This document shows, piece after piece, positions 38,501-51,006 of a stretch of 64,000 nt of DNA. The translations under genes and the position numbers were made by a program. Below the pieces are notes generated by a model that had not been told where the DNA came from, did no database searches, and was given only the letters and a program-made list of their open reading frames with translations. Each line of letters starts with the position of its first letter. Positions within the stretch are counted from its first letter, which is position 1. Location of the stretch: the NCBI GenBank assembly GCA_964035545.1, contig OZ037769.1, forward strand, positions 12,306,633-12,370,632. The letters run 5' to 3'. The stretch comes from Bugula neritina (lineage: Eukaryota > Animalia > Bryozoa).

Positions 38501-40886
38501 TGGTATATTTTAAACAACTGGAAGCTAGGCAGAGTATATTCAACACCTATACTTTGACCTACCTTATTACGAGATTCAATACTTACTCTCTGACTTACCT
38601 ATCACCAGGTTGTCACATATACTCTGACCTACATATCACCAGGTTGTCACATATACTCTGACGCCGGGAACCACGCCTCCATGATACAAGGTATTCGGAC
38701 TAGTGGAGTCCCAAAGCACGTGTTCAGACACAATGACCCCCAGCACCTGCGCACCCTCCTACAGCAGCAGCCTAAGAGTACACCTAAGATAGTGGCGTTT
38801 GAAACTGTCTACTCCATGTCTGGTGAGCCCCCCCCCCTTACCCCAGTATTAGATTATCAATGTTACTAGGCTAAGGTCTAAACGGCTCTTTAGTGTCTGT
38901 AAAGCTTGGCATTTCTCCCACAGTGTGTTGGTTTTTAACCTCTATACTGAGCAATACACGTGATTGCTTTATTTGTAAAGTGTCTTGTTTAAACTTTTGA
39001 ACTTCTCTACCTGTATTTACCTGCATTTACCTGCATTTACCTGCATTATTGACTATTCATTTGGTTTCCACCCTCTGAACTCTTAATTGCAGATCTGCTT
39101 TAAAGGGTTGTCTTCCCTTTCAATTTAAATTACTGATAAAGAATACAAATATTATGTAATGTTGTTTATAAAAATTATCTGTAAAATACTGCATACTGAA
39201 ACAGGTATACCCGGTTATGAAAGTCAGTGAATATATATTATAGCTGACAGACCTGTACTATATCTTCAGTACATATATATGCTGTATAATATGCTACAAT
39301 TAGGCTGTGCTCCAAGGCTTGCGTTGTTATGTCAGGTAATATTGGGCCGTTGTCTGAGCTGCTCGACGTGTGCGAGGAGTTTGGTGCCCTGTCCTTCATT
39401 GACGAAGTGCACGCGGTGGGATTGTACGGAGATCACGGTGCAGGCATAGGAGAGCGGGAAGGGGAACTCCGCAGAATGGACATCATCACCGGCACACTGG
39501 GTAACTTCCGTTTATATTCAACATCATCTGTCTGGAAGCAATTTAAGGGAAGACATCGAGCGATGTCTTTGCGAATATTGACAGCCCGTGTGATTTTTTA
39601 GGCAAAGCGTTTGGTAATATCGGAGGGTATATCGCCTCTTCGTCTAAGCTTATCGACATGCTAAGAAGTTACTGTTCTGGTTTCATATTCACCACGTCTC
39701 TGCCTCCGACAGTGCTGGCAGGTGCCCGAAAAGCAATAGAGGTGAGTAATGGCTGTGTGTGACACTACTGATAAGTACTTGCAAGGCAGTAGAAGTGAAT
39801 GACCTTTGACCTTGAAGCAGCACAAATAGCTTTGATGAGTGAACTGATCTTATTCTTAGTTAGAATAGATGTTTAACTTACTTACAAGGTGCAAGCTTTT
39901 CTCATTACTTTTTATGGGATGTTTTAAAATATTTTGTGGGATAGAACATACATTTTCATGCACTAGAAAATAATTTGAATGATTAAGATAAAGCATTATT
40001 GGAATAATGTGTAGATATTATCGAGTGAAGAAGGAGTTATGTTGAGAAAGAGACACCAGATGAATGTAAGTACACTGAGAGAGATGCTGTATGAAGCTGG
40101 AATACCTGTGATGAGATGCCCCAGTCATATCCTTCCTATAAAGGTATGTGTTGTGTATATTATACATTGTATATTATATAGTATGTTATTGTATATTATA
40201 TAGTCTATATTGTATATTATATAGTATATATGGTATATTATATAGTATGTTATTGTATATTGTATATTACACATTGTATATTATATAGTATGTTATTGTA
40301 TAGTGTATTTTATATAGTATGTTATTGTATATTATATATTATATAGTCTATATTGTATATTATATAGTATATGTTGTATATTGCATAGTATATACTGTAT
40401 ATTATATGGTAGATATTGTATATTATAATATAGTATATATTGTATATTATATAGTATATGTTATATATTATATAGTATATGTTATATATTATATAGTATA
40501 TGTTATATATTATGTAGTATATGTAATATATTATATAATATTTTACCAATAATATGCAGGTTGGAGACCCAGAGCTGGTGTTTAGGTTGTCTCAACAGCT
40601 GCTGGATGAGTTTGGAGTCTATGTGCAGCCCATTAACTACCCTACTGTGCAGAGGGGTATGGAGATGTTGAGAGTTGCCCCCACTCCGCACCACACAGTA
40701 CATATGATGGAATACTTTGTGGACTCCCTAGTCGCTCTGTGGAAGAAGAATGGGCTGGAGTTGAAGCAGCCGCACTGCACAACCTGCAACAAGACGCTGC
40801 AGAGGCAGCACTGGATGTCCAACAGCAACGACTTGTGCGCCGGCGCTGACTGTGACAAATACATTCAGGCAGTTGCTGCCTGTTAA
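35557..40886 (+). CDS. ALAS: Mitochondrial 5-aminolevulinate synthase; exons 35557-35713, 36088-36201, 36704-36903, 37453-37553, 37787-37971, 38643-38822, 39336-39500, 39602-39741, 40015-40143, 40560-40886
   Basis: [48 protein letters not shown], the PLP lysine in [25 protein letters not shown]; N-terminal CP heme-regulatory motifs. Confidence 0.96.
40150..40540 (+). repeat. AT-rich ~21-bp degenerate repeat filling the last ALAS intron
   Basis: TATATTATATAGTATATGTTA-like units. Confidence 0.85.
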
Positions 40887-40943
40887 ATGATGAAGCCTTT
40901 CTGATCGTGACTAAACCTTACTGTTGTTATTGATATAATAAGC

Positions 40944-41038
40944 TGCATACCCTACGCTCAGGCTGGTAGGCTGAATCCAGCTTTTCTAGGTAGCATTTCT
41001 ATACCTACACATACCAGCCTGGGTCTGTAGGGTATGCA
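40944..41038 (+). other. Predicted three-way-junction RNA structure in the ALAS 3' UTR
   Basis: A 12-bp perfect stem plus a 13-bp stem with two G-U pairs enclose two small hairpins. Confidence 0.6.
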
Positions 41039-42097
41039 AACAGTTTAGTGAGAAGAAACTTGTCCCCCATAGCTTTTACTTCTTATATATTTTCAATTCG
41101 TGATTTTGTAGATTCTATAAGATTTCAAATTATTTTTATTAAATAATATATTGTCCTATGAAATCTAGCCAACATCTCTCTACTCACATGACTCTACATT
41201 CGGAGCTAAAAGTAATTAATTGAGTTGCACTATTGCAGTCGTCTGCACTCTCACTTCTGTTTTCTCACGGAATAAATTTACATGGTAGTTTGAATACATT
41301 GTGTCAAAAATGCTCCTAAAACTGCATGTGTTTAGCAATAAGCAGTTTTTGAGACGAGGGTATTAATAATTCAGATTGATCAAAATTTCACTCCAACTAG
41401 GAGAATACCTATAAACTACATAAAAGTGAAAATATCCAACATAAATTTTTTACAATTTCAAAATGATTTGCAATACTACAAATCATCAACAGGAAATAGT
41501 AAAATCATGTTAGTATACAGGAATATATTATACACACAAATATTAGTGAGCATACACCTTCAGTTTTCTGGTGACATGAGACTTCAGCACCTCTAGCTTC
41601 TTTCAAAGTTTGGGGGGTACCTTTGTAGCCCCGAGTGCTAATGTGTTACACAATACACAACTATTGCACCAAGCATGGGCATTGCACCACCTGCATAGTT
41701 GCATATATTATAATTTTAGGTAAGAGTGGGACAAACTCGAGACCCCCCAAATCAATGCACCCAGTGATCACCAACTCGGTGCTGCTTTTAGCAATTGTTA
41801 ACCTAGACTCTAGAGTGTGGACATAAAAGAGAGCAGACATAGATTATAGTTAGTTTGTTTTAATGTATAGACTTAACTTTTACAGCTATATGTCTAGTAT
41901 ATATACTACTTAAGTTGCTATTAGCACCATTTATTTGCGCTGAGTCCTTTCTTCAACACAGGAGTTCCAAACCAGATAGGACTTTTCTTTTTTGGGAAAG
42001 AAAAAATGTTGGGAACCTCTTCTCTAGCAGGTAAAACATATTCTCCAAAATGCATTCAAAATAACCATTATGGCATCAAGTATGAAAGTTTATCAAA

Positions 42098-42205
42098 GGG
42101 AGCAGCCACAGTCTAGTAGTCAAATCACTGATCTAGTATATAAACACTGTGCTGACTTCAAAACCATTAGTAACATCAGGAAAGGCATTCCGTCATAATT
42201 GCTAC
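42098..42205 (+). mobile_element. Old SINE family 1 fragment
   Basis: GGGAGCAGCCACAGTCTAG...CCATTAGTAACATCAGGAAAGGCATTCCGTCATAATTGC resembles the family head and body. Confidence 0.55.
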
Positions 42206-43482
42206 TTTGAATGTCTCTAGAACAAAGTGTTGAGAGAAATAGTCAATGGCTCATTTAAAAACCATTTCCGCCAGAGAGTGATGACCTCACAAGAACAGAT
42301 AATGAATTTATAACCCATTATAATTTGTGTTTCAATGGGAAAAGGAAGCTTTAAACAAAATATAAGAGTTATCCAAGCTTGTCAAGGAAACCTGTGCTCT
42401 CATATATATATAGGCAGTTACCTATAAACACACAGAAAGCATTGTGACATCTATAGAAACTTCAACTTCTTTCATGTAATCTGCAATCTGATTGGATGCT
42501 TCTTGTATAGCTATTAGCTAGGATCGTTTTCAATATACTATATTTCATTCATAGACTTGGTCTATTTTTATCAAGCTGGAAAACTGCTGGTTTATGTTAA
42601 TAACAGGACAAATCTTTTCACTAGCCATCACTCTTGTAAAGGTAATCGTAATAATATTTGTTAACTTATATAAATTCAAGTTGAACTAAAAATGTAAGAG
42701 CTGCGTGTGTATTTAATTTCTGAAATTGGTTAACTGAAACCTAGTATAATTAGGTGATGTATTTAAATTTGAAATTAAAGGAATTTTTATACATAGATAT
42801 TATAACAGCATATATAGTAGCAATACATGCCTATAGTATAGGGCCTACTGCTGTTTCTCCAGGAGCAATATATTGTGTGACCTTGGTGACAAGTGTCAAA
42901 TCATAATAACAACACTATTATTTCAATAGACTTTAAATTTTTTGCTTCACCTAAATTGGTTGATATTAAAAATATTAGAATGTGGCCGAGATACATAACA
43001 AATTAATCGCCAATAAACCGCCAGTGTAGGAATAAGAAAGTTCTAGAATGTAATCTATAGCATTGTTTACAGAGAAAGCTTGATCCTTTATGCAAGATGA
43101 AAGAAATAATTTGCAAACACAAAGCATGTGGGATAGTTATTAGTTTTTACATTTAGTAGTGAAGAAGGTGCATCTATCTTGAGTGAGTGCTATGTAATAC
43201 ACTTACACATCTTAAGGATAACAGGAACTTAGCATTGAAATAAACAGGCAGCGCATGTATAAACAAAGTGGAAAGCTGCCGCACTAGTCAAAGGTTAAAC
43301 TGTATGTCAGCAGCATCTCTGTTGGTGTTGAGAGAATTAATAGCTTTAGACAGGTCAGTGAGAAAAGATAAATTGATTTGTTGTAGGAGGGAGAGGATTT
43401 AGCCAACTGCTAACAACACATCTTCCGGCATTTCAAAGTAAAAAGGTATGTACTCTGGCTGCTAAAAGGATTCGGTCACAGC

Positions 43483-46400
43483 ATGGAGGGTCTCAGTGAG
43501 GAGTGGAACCTGACGGATAGTGAAATGCAGTTTGCTAGAATAAACAACATCGTGTATTACAGCTTCCTGCTTCCTGTGGCTCTCTGCGGAAACATCTTCA
43601 CACTAAGCGCTGTCTTTATGGTGCTCCGAATCAAGAAGAGCATACCCAACATGCTAATTGGAGTTCTGGCTTTTGGTGATCTCACTTCCATTTTGACTTG
43701 TCATCTCATATCTATTATTAGCATGTCTCAGGGAAAGCTGGTTGGTGGAACAGGTGTCTGCAGGTTTCAGTCTGTAATGATGTTCAGCTACTTTAAGCTT
43801 GGGTTTTTCAGCAAAACATGCATTTCAATTGATAGATTAATTGCTTTGAAATTTCCACTTAAATATCGTTCACTAGTCACAACAAAGAGGGTGTTAGCCA
43901 TTATTATATTCAACGTAATATTTAGTATAGGCTCCTCTGCTTTGACCTGGATAATAGATGGAGAGTATATAAGTAAGTTAGAGACTTGGTACATGTGTAC
44001 TAATGAGTTTCACATATACACCCACTACAAACTGGCCGTAGTTATTAGCGAAGGAACGGTCTTTCTAATAGGAGTAGTAATCTTTCTCGTCGGTAACATT
44101 ACTGTAGTGAAAGTAATGTTAAAAGTCAGTCGGCGGATAAAATCTTTAAAAGCCAACAATGGTGTACTTAACAAGCTAAAGATGGCCCCTCTCTCAGTGG
44201 TCAGTACTGCCCCAGTTGGATTTCACAATATATCAGTTATCAGCGAAATAGCTGAAGATAAAAAGAATAACAATGACTCTGGTGAAGAAAATCATTTAGA
44301 ACACGCTCTTGCCACTCCTCTCTCTAAACGAGCTTTGAAAAAGCTCAACTCGAATCAATCTACCAACTCTGACTCAGAATCTCAAACAATGACTCCCTCA
44401 ACTACATCCTACACCAACCATTTATCTTTACCGGAACATAAAAGCTCTAATCAACTGGCGGTAGAAAATACTAATGGCTTGCCAACTAATCATGCCAAAG
44501 ACAAAAAAGACAAGAAGAAATCTATATTTAAGAAAGTTGTGGAGAAATCGTCTCGAGCACTATCCAGTAGTAAACAGCACAGGCAAAAGAAGGAGCTGCA
44601 GTTTGCTAAACTCGTTCTGGTCATAGTAACAGTGTTTGTTATACTATGGATCCCATACATGGTAGGTTGAATTTATATTCTATTTAATCCTTACTCACAA
44701 TTACCTTAGTACACTGAAAACTGTGTTAGTTAACCTGACATAAGCTTTCTATTAGACTCAGTTACAATGTATGTTATTGGGAAACTAAAGCAGGCAATTA
44801 CTGAGTAATTTTATTCAGATATTTGTCATTTTGCCCTGAAACGAAGTGCAGTAGTATCAACAAGCAGCAATCCTGATACCATAGTTTGTTAGTATTAATA
44901 TATTCTTTCTCTCACAGTCAAAAGCGCTAATCATCTTTCTCATCAAAATAATTTATTCAATTTCGAACTAGCAGAAGGTAACTCTGATTATTCAAAAACT
45001 ACTAAAAAGAAAACTTGATGAGATCAAAAATTGACTGAAAGTATATGATCTACTCAGGTTTCATGCCAAGCGTTTGCTTGTTTACCTGAAAGGAGTTGTA
45101 TTGTTTGCTAATAACTATTGAACTGCATATAGTTTTTCATGATAAGACATTTTTATTTAGACAACAGCGTGTTTGAGGTAGAACTAGATTGAGAAACTTG
45201 AGGCGTTTTCTAATCAGCTGACAAGCTGCTGAGTATAGAATTGCATAAATAATTCTACTGATGACAGCGTATATTGATCAGGTAGTCAGCTGGAGAGCAG
45301 CAATATTTGTACGTATTCAGGTATATTTACCTGGAACACAGAGTCTAAAACTCGCAGAATAAATTCCGCTTTTTGCAAGACACACCGGCCATATGAAAAC
45401 AGCTTAAACATAGGAAACCGATAGATTTTAAAAACTTTTTTTGATAACACACTTTGGTTAATATTGGATGAATTTTTGTTGTTTTTACATGGATCTAAAA
45501 CGTTCTTTTGTAAAACAAGGTAGCTTTTAAATATTTATAAATATTAATTGTAGTCATTTACTATAACTTGGCACGACTGCAAAATTATGAAACAAATTAA
45601 AGTTGGAAACACTTGAAATTACATGCACAGCATAATATAATAAACTTTTGATGTTCATGCTACGGCTACAGAAATCAAAGGTTATAATAAAAGCTCTCAA
45701 GTGGCTTTATCCTGGAAATTAATGCTATCATACATGTGTTTAGTCAGTTATTTTCTACATCTGCCTAATGAAGCTATTATGAAAGTAATTGGTAAAACTC
45801 TTCATGTCACTGTTCAATTGAGGCCGAAGTTCAATGGCACCTTCAAAAGATATGGCCATTTATTGATTACTATTTAGTTGAGATAAATTGATCAGCAATA
45901 CAAAATTGGCTTTCGCCAAATTTAAAAGACTATTACATCACTCGTTTACAACACATGACAATTGTTATATAAGATTATTTAGATTTTAGACCAATAAACT
46001 CAGCAATAGCTATAATACAATGTCTTACTTATACATCACATGGTATATGTGTGATATCGTATATGCAACAAGGCGCATACTTGGTCACTATATAATATTG
46101 ACATGTTTATGCAATCCACATTGTGAAACTGTCCTGCTAAATTATATTTTGAAGTTTTGCATAAACGTAAACATTGCACGCTTTTATAAGCTTTAATAAT
46201 AGAAATAGATTTGGTTGGTTCAAGAAACTAACATGATTTATAGATGCAAATTACGATTAAAAGAAGATAATAGCAATACATATCTGCTTGTAGGATAATT
46301 TAGAAAACATTAGAACAGTTTTATAAATCTTGACTCCAATTTCAAGCAAAGAGTCATAAATACATGACTCAATATTGTATACATGAGTATGTGTTTTGAA

Positions 46401-48571
46401 TGCAAACATTGGGGGGAGCTTTTGTCCATCTTTACCTGACTGTAGATATATTGTTTTAACACTTTCAACAACAAAGTACTGTACAAAGAGTGAGGTATTA
46501 AGTTCCAGATGAATCTGCAGTAGTCCGGCATGTGCTTCTGTTGTGAGCTGGTTGTCGTGGTAACACCTGCAATAAGCGCAGGATATTTGGACTTGAGCAT
46601 GCTGAGTAATAAATACAAAGCAGCAGGAAATAGTAGTACAAAAGGCAAATACAAATTGACTCACTGTGTACTAACTACTAACACATCCATGGTGACTTCA
46701 TTATTATACCAAGTCATGTATAATACCTGTGCCTATAATTATATCGCTGTACAGCCTTAATAGTGCAACAATTTCTTTATAATAAAAACATGTTTGTTGA
46801 AACTATGGCGTAATGTTAGTGATAGCGTAATGTTAGTGATAGCGTAGTGTTAGTGATAGCGTAATGTTAGTGATAGCGAAGTGATTATGAAGAACCAAAT
46901 AGACTCAAACTTCACTCTTAGTCATCAGAGGTGAGCAGCCAGTACTAATTGACCTTGAAAGCTAAAGGTCAGCTATATTACAATGATATAGTCACTTGAA
47001 GCTACTGCTGTTGGTTGCCAAATGTAAAATAATTGCCCCCACTGGGAATCGAACCCGAATCTTCTGGCCTGCAAGCAAGTGTGCTACCATTACACCACAG
47101 GAGCCACTGGGTAAACTCAACACTACACCAAACTAAAAATCCAAGTTCTAAAAATAGTTTTCTAAAATAAGCTTCCATTATAATATGCAACAACGTCCAT
47201 ATAGACGTATGTGGACAATTCCTTGCATATCTATATGATACTTACAACATATATATATATATAATACTAACTATATTATAGCACTTACTATATAATACTT
47301 ATACCATATGGGATATTGTATAATACTTGCCATGTAATACTACTGCATATTATATACACTAAACTATGTAATATACAAAAACATACAACAAGCACATGCA
47401 TATACATGAGCATGTTTGACTTAGTTACACCATTTGTAATGTTTCCGGGACTAGTGAACATGGGTTATTTTCATTCACAATAGTACAATGACATTCCATT
47501 ATTTCTACCTTGTAAGAAATTGAGTAAGGGAACAAAAACAATAAATACAATGACTAACCACTCTCCGCCTAAAAGTTAATTGATCATTTCTATAGAGTAA
47601 CGATATCAATATGTTCAAAGGTATGGCTCATTTGTGTCTAAATTCTTCTTAACAATAAACTACGTCTAAAAACCAGTCCATTAAAAAAACATTCTGAATC
47701 CTATACAAAAGTCAAGATTTAGTTCCAAGTCCACTTTTATTCGTCCTTATATAGCAAGAGTTCATATCACCGTTGGCTTGCTGAGTGAGACGTAGTGGTG
47801 GTACACCTTATATCTTTTATTATAGCCGGATTTAGATCAAATCTGTTGCCTTAGAGGAAGGAATGGTCCTATAAGCAGCTTCCAGTTGGGGGTGATTGAG
47901 TGCAGCAGTTTGAGGTTCTCAAATTTGAAGTTGGGACTCATTGAAACTCCCAACTTCAAATTTGAGAACCCCAAACTGCTGCACTCAATCACCCCCAACT
48001 TGGTGAGCCATTCGAGTGGAGGAGTGAGGCGATTTTGATCTACCAATATTGTTTCAATTATTCTAGAAAATTGGGCTCTGCAGACTTGGGTCCATAGGCT
48101 ACGTATTTTATACAACATGTGTCTGTATCTTCCCTAGGTAACCATCTATTATGAACATTCAAACAGAAGACGAGTTCCACCTCTAGTCACTGATATATCT
48201 ATGAAGCTAGTGTTTGCCAATGCCTGTATCAACCCTATTCTCTACGGGGTGTTCAATGCCAACTTCCGCAAGGCATACGTGTACTATCTCAAGATGTTGG
48301 GCTATTATCTAACATGCAAGACTACTAAGAAGCCTGTTGGTAAGGGACTGCCATGGAGTGTTGCGTCAAGATAGATCAGCATAGAACCTCAACTAACCTA
48401 GTGAAATCCTTGAAATAATGGTGTGTCTACACGTTGCATGGCAAGAGTGCCCATTCTACTTTAGTGATTAGAAAATGTGTTTGTTTGTGACGATTTAATA
48501 TGTATCGTGACTAGTACAAAATTATATACACTATAAGAACTAGAAGTCGATATTTTGTCACTGAATCATTT

Positions 48572-48648
<77 letters not shown>

Positions 48649-51006
48649 ACATATACATATTTGTATAATTGGTGTATAAAGTTCTGCTATTCCAATATTT
48701 TACTAAAACCACTACCTGCTTATCAAAGCAGTTTTTCCATCAAATAAATGGTGATAGAAGTGTGATTTATGGGTTTCGGAGTAAGTAGAGTGTTGAACAT
48801 ATAATATGTATAGATCATGAAGTTGACCCGCTCATAATTATATAGTAGCTAAAAGTAATAGATATGCTACACAATATAAATTACTTAGCACAACTGGTCA
48901 CAAATTTGTAAAAAAAAACAAGTAATGGGTGCAAATCCACTTATCTAAAATTAAAGAGTTAACGTGTTGACCTCTCCCTACTGACTTTTGTGTCTCATTC
49001 ACTCAGTGCCCATGCATTGGCCCCATGCATTGAATGAAAAATCTATTCACATAATGCCAAACATGGAGACTATGATTGAAAAGTTTGAGTGAGAAGCTCT
49101 TTCACAGGGCTGCTTTTACACTTCATGGCGATTTCTTAGATATAGAATTTGCTATATGAATAGTCCAGAGTCTTCGTTCATTTTGCTATAAAGGAAGAAT
49201 AGTTTCAGAATACGGAACTACAGTCCATCTGAATATTTGTATGTGGCAGTGTGTGGCAGCATGCATTGGCAGTGTGTGGCAGCATGCATTGGCAGTGTGT
49301 GGCAGCATGCATTGGCAGTGTGTGGCAGCATGCATTGGCAGGGAAATAGCTGCATATAACCAACTGTAGTATAGTTTGTGCTGTGTGTTTGATACATAAT
49401 CCTATATCAAAGTTTACCAGTTGCATTGCTGAGATATACATAATATATGGATTTATTAAAAGAGTAGTAACAATGCCACCTTATACAACTATATCAAGTC
49501 CAGTGTACTTTGTACAGTATTGCTGTTGCTAATACAGCCAGGTTTGCATTATAGTTAATTGTTGTGACATGCAATTAATATAAAAGGTTGTTGATTTTAA
49601 TAAGTTAGGCAAATACACATATACAATGTAATATCTGCATACATATATTATTTCTTAGATATTTGTTCTTACTCACTAATTAAACTTTAAATGTTCTCTT
49701 TAGTAAAGATATCAATTTGTTTGCTATTATATGAGTGGAAAATTATAAGATCATCACGTTTTGCTATACATATAAATGCAAGATCAAATATTCAAGTAAA
49801 AAACAACTAGTCATGTGATCAACAAGCAAAAATAAAATGATTCAATAAAGCTGATGATATTGTTGTTGCATCATACTATGTTATATAATGAAGACAAACT
49901 TTGTTTGGGCAAACCAAAGTAATATACTACAGCTGACTTTAGTCTTTGAATGTTAAAAGAAAACAGATGGCAGATGCACTTTGCCAAACTGGGTACTAGG
50001 TAGGATGACCTGCAAATTAGTCGATTTCAACCAGGTTCCCCATGTGACATCACTGGTGAACTATGACCAGTACTGGAAACCAGCCTTATATCTCTGCACT
50101 CATATATCCAATAGCATCTATGTAATCATAAACCAACTAATGTTGCACATTATTCTTATCAACAGTGGCCATTGGAGAACTTGTTTCCTATGAACAAAAA
50201 TGGTAAAAATTCATTTGTATGGAACTAGAAACTCCGGCAATAAATTTTCCCTTATAAAATGCTACTAGTGATGTAGTTATAGATGAGCAGAAATTTCCTG
50301 AGCTCCAAAAATCTTATAATTTGGAATTACCCCCTCTGTGAGGTGTTTATAAAAATGAAGATGCACACAGGAACAGGTGAATAAGCAAATTTAAACTTCG
50401 AAATTCTAGAACTGAATTATAAACTGTCAACTTCTTTAAGGTAAATCAAATTTAACATTTTAGCTCTAAAATACACTTTCTATGGAATCTGATAGTACAG
50501 GTTTTTAGGTAAGCTTTTTAGATTCAAGACCAGTACATTTACATTAAATTATTTTCATATTTCAGAGCACTCACGCGAGCACACACACACACACACATAT
50601 ATATAATAAGATTGATATAATAATAATAATAATAATAATATATAATAATATATATATAATACATATATGATATAATAATAATACCAATAATAATAATATA
50701 TGTTCTGCAGGTTTGAGGCAAATCAAGAGGAGCTACTCCTTTGCGGAGAAGCTATCCCTAGCAGACCAGTTCAGCACGAGTCTAAGGAAGTCTTACGACG
50801 AGTTGGAGTCACCAAAGTACGCAACTCGATCAATGACCGGCAGACTAACTAAAAGCGCATCACTTCCTGTTTGTATAGACGAGTCAAAAGTGAAAGAACT
50901 TTTTGAGAATTTTAAGAAAAATATGGTGGACAATGGAAAGAATTTGGACAGTTCAGTTATGAGGTATGCAATGGGCAAATTAACCGAGACAAATAAAGAC
51001 TCGTGA
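43483..51006 (+). CDS. Class A GPCR, prostanoid (EP4-like) receptor; exons 43483-44661, 48138-48339, 50711-51006
   Basis: Seven hydrophobic helices with GN (TM1), LAxxD (TM2), DRL, WIP and NPILY. TM2-ECL1 resembles EP4 (LAFGDL...SQGKLVGGTGVC), ECL2 has TWxxC, ICL3 is long, and an intron lies at the end of TM6. Confidence 0.88.
46808..46880 (+). repeat. 17-bp tandem repeat x4
   Basis: GCGTAATGTTAGTGATA units. Confidence 0.85.
47023..47127 (-). mobile_element. Solo-LTR-like unit containing a tRNA-like sequence, 5-bp TSD CCAAA
   Basis: Minus strand TGTAGTGTTGAG...TGGTGTAATGG (A box)...GGTTCGATTCC (B box)...ATTTTACA; CCAAA at 47018-47022 and 47128-47132. Confidence 0.82.
47884..48000. repeat. 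Inverted repeat with 53-bp arms (1 mismatch) and an 11-nt loop
   Basis: 47884-47936 versus 47948-48000. Confidence 0.95.
49243..49341 (+). repeat. 23-bp tandem repeat x~4
   Basis: GGCAGTGTGTGGCAGCATGCATT units. Confidence 0.9.

Noticed and set aside
47035-47106. Functional tRNA gene
   Set aside because: Imperfect acceptor, T and anticodon stems, and it is embedded in a repeated unit with TSDs.
48200-48250. TM7 lysine suggesting an opsin
   Set aside because: The Lys is ten residues before the NPxxY proline; the retinal-binding Lys is seven before.
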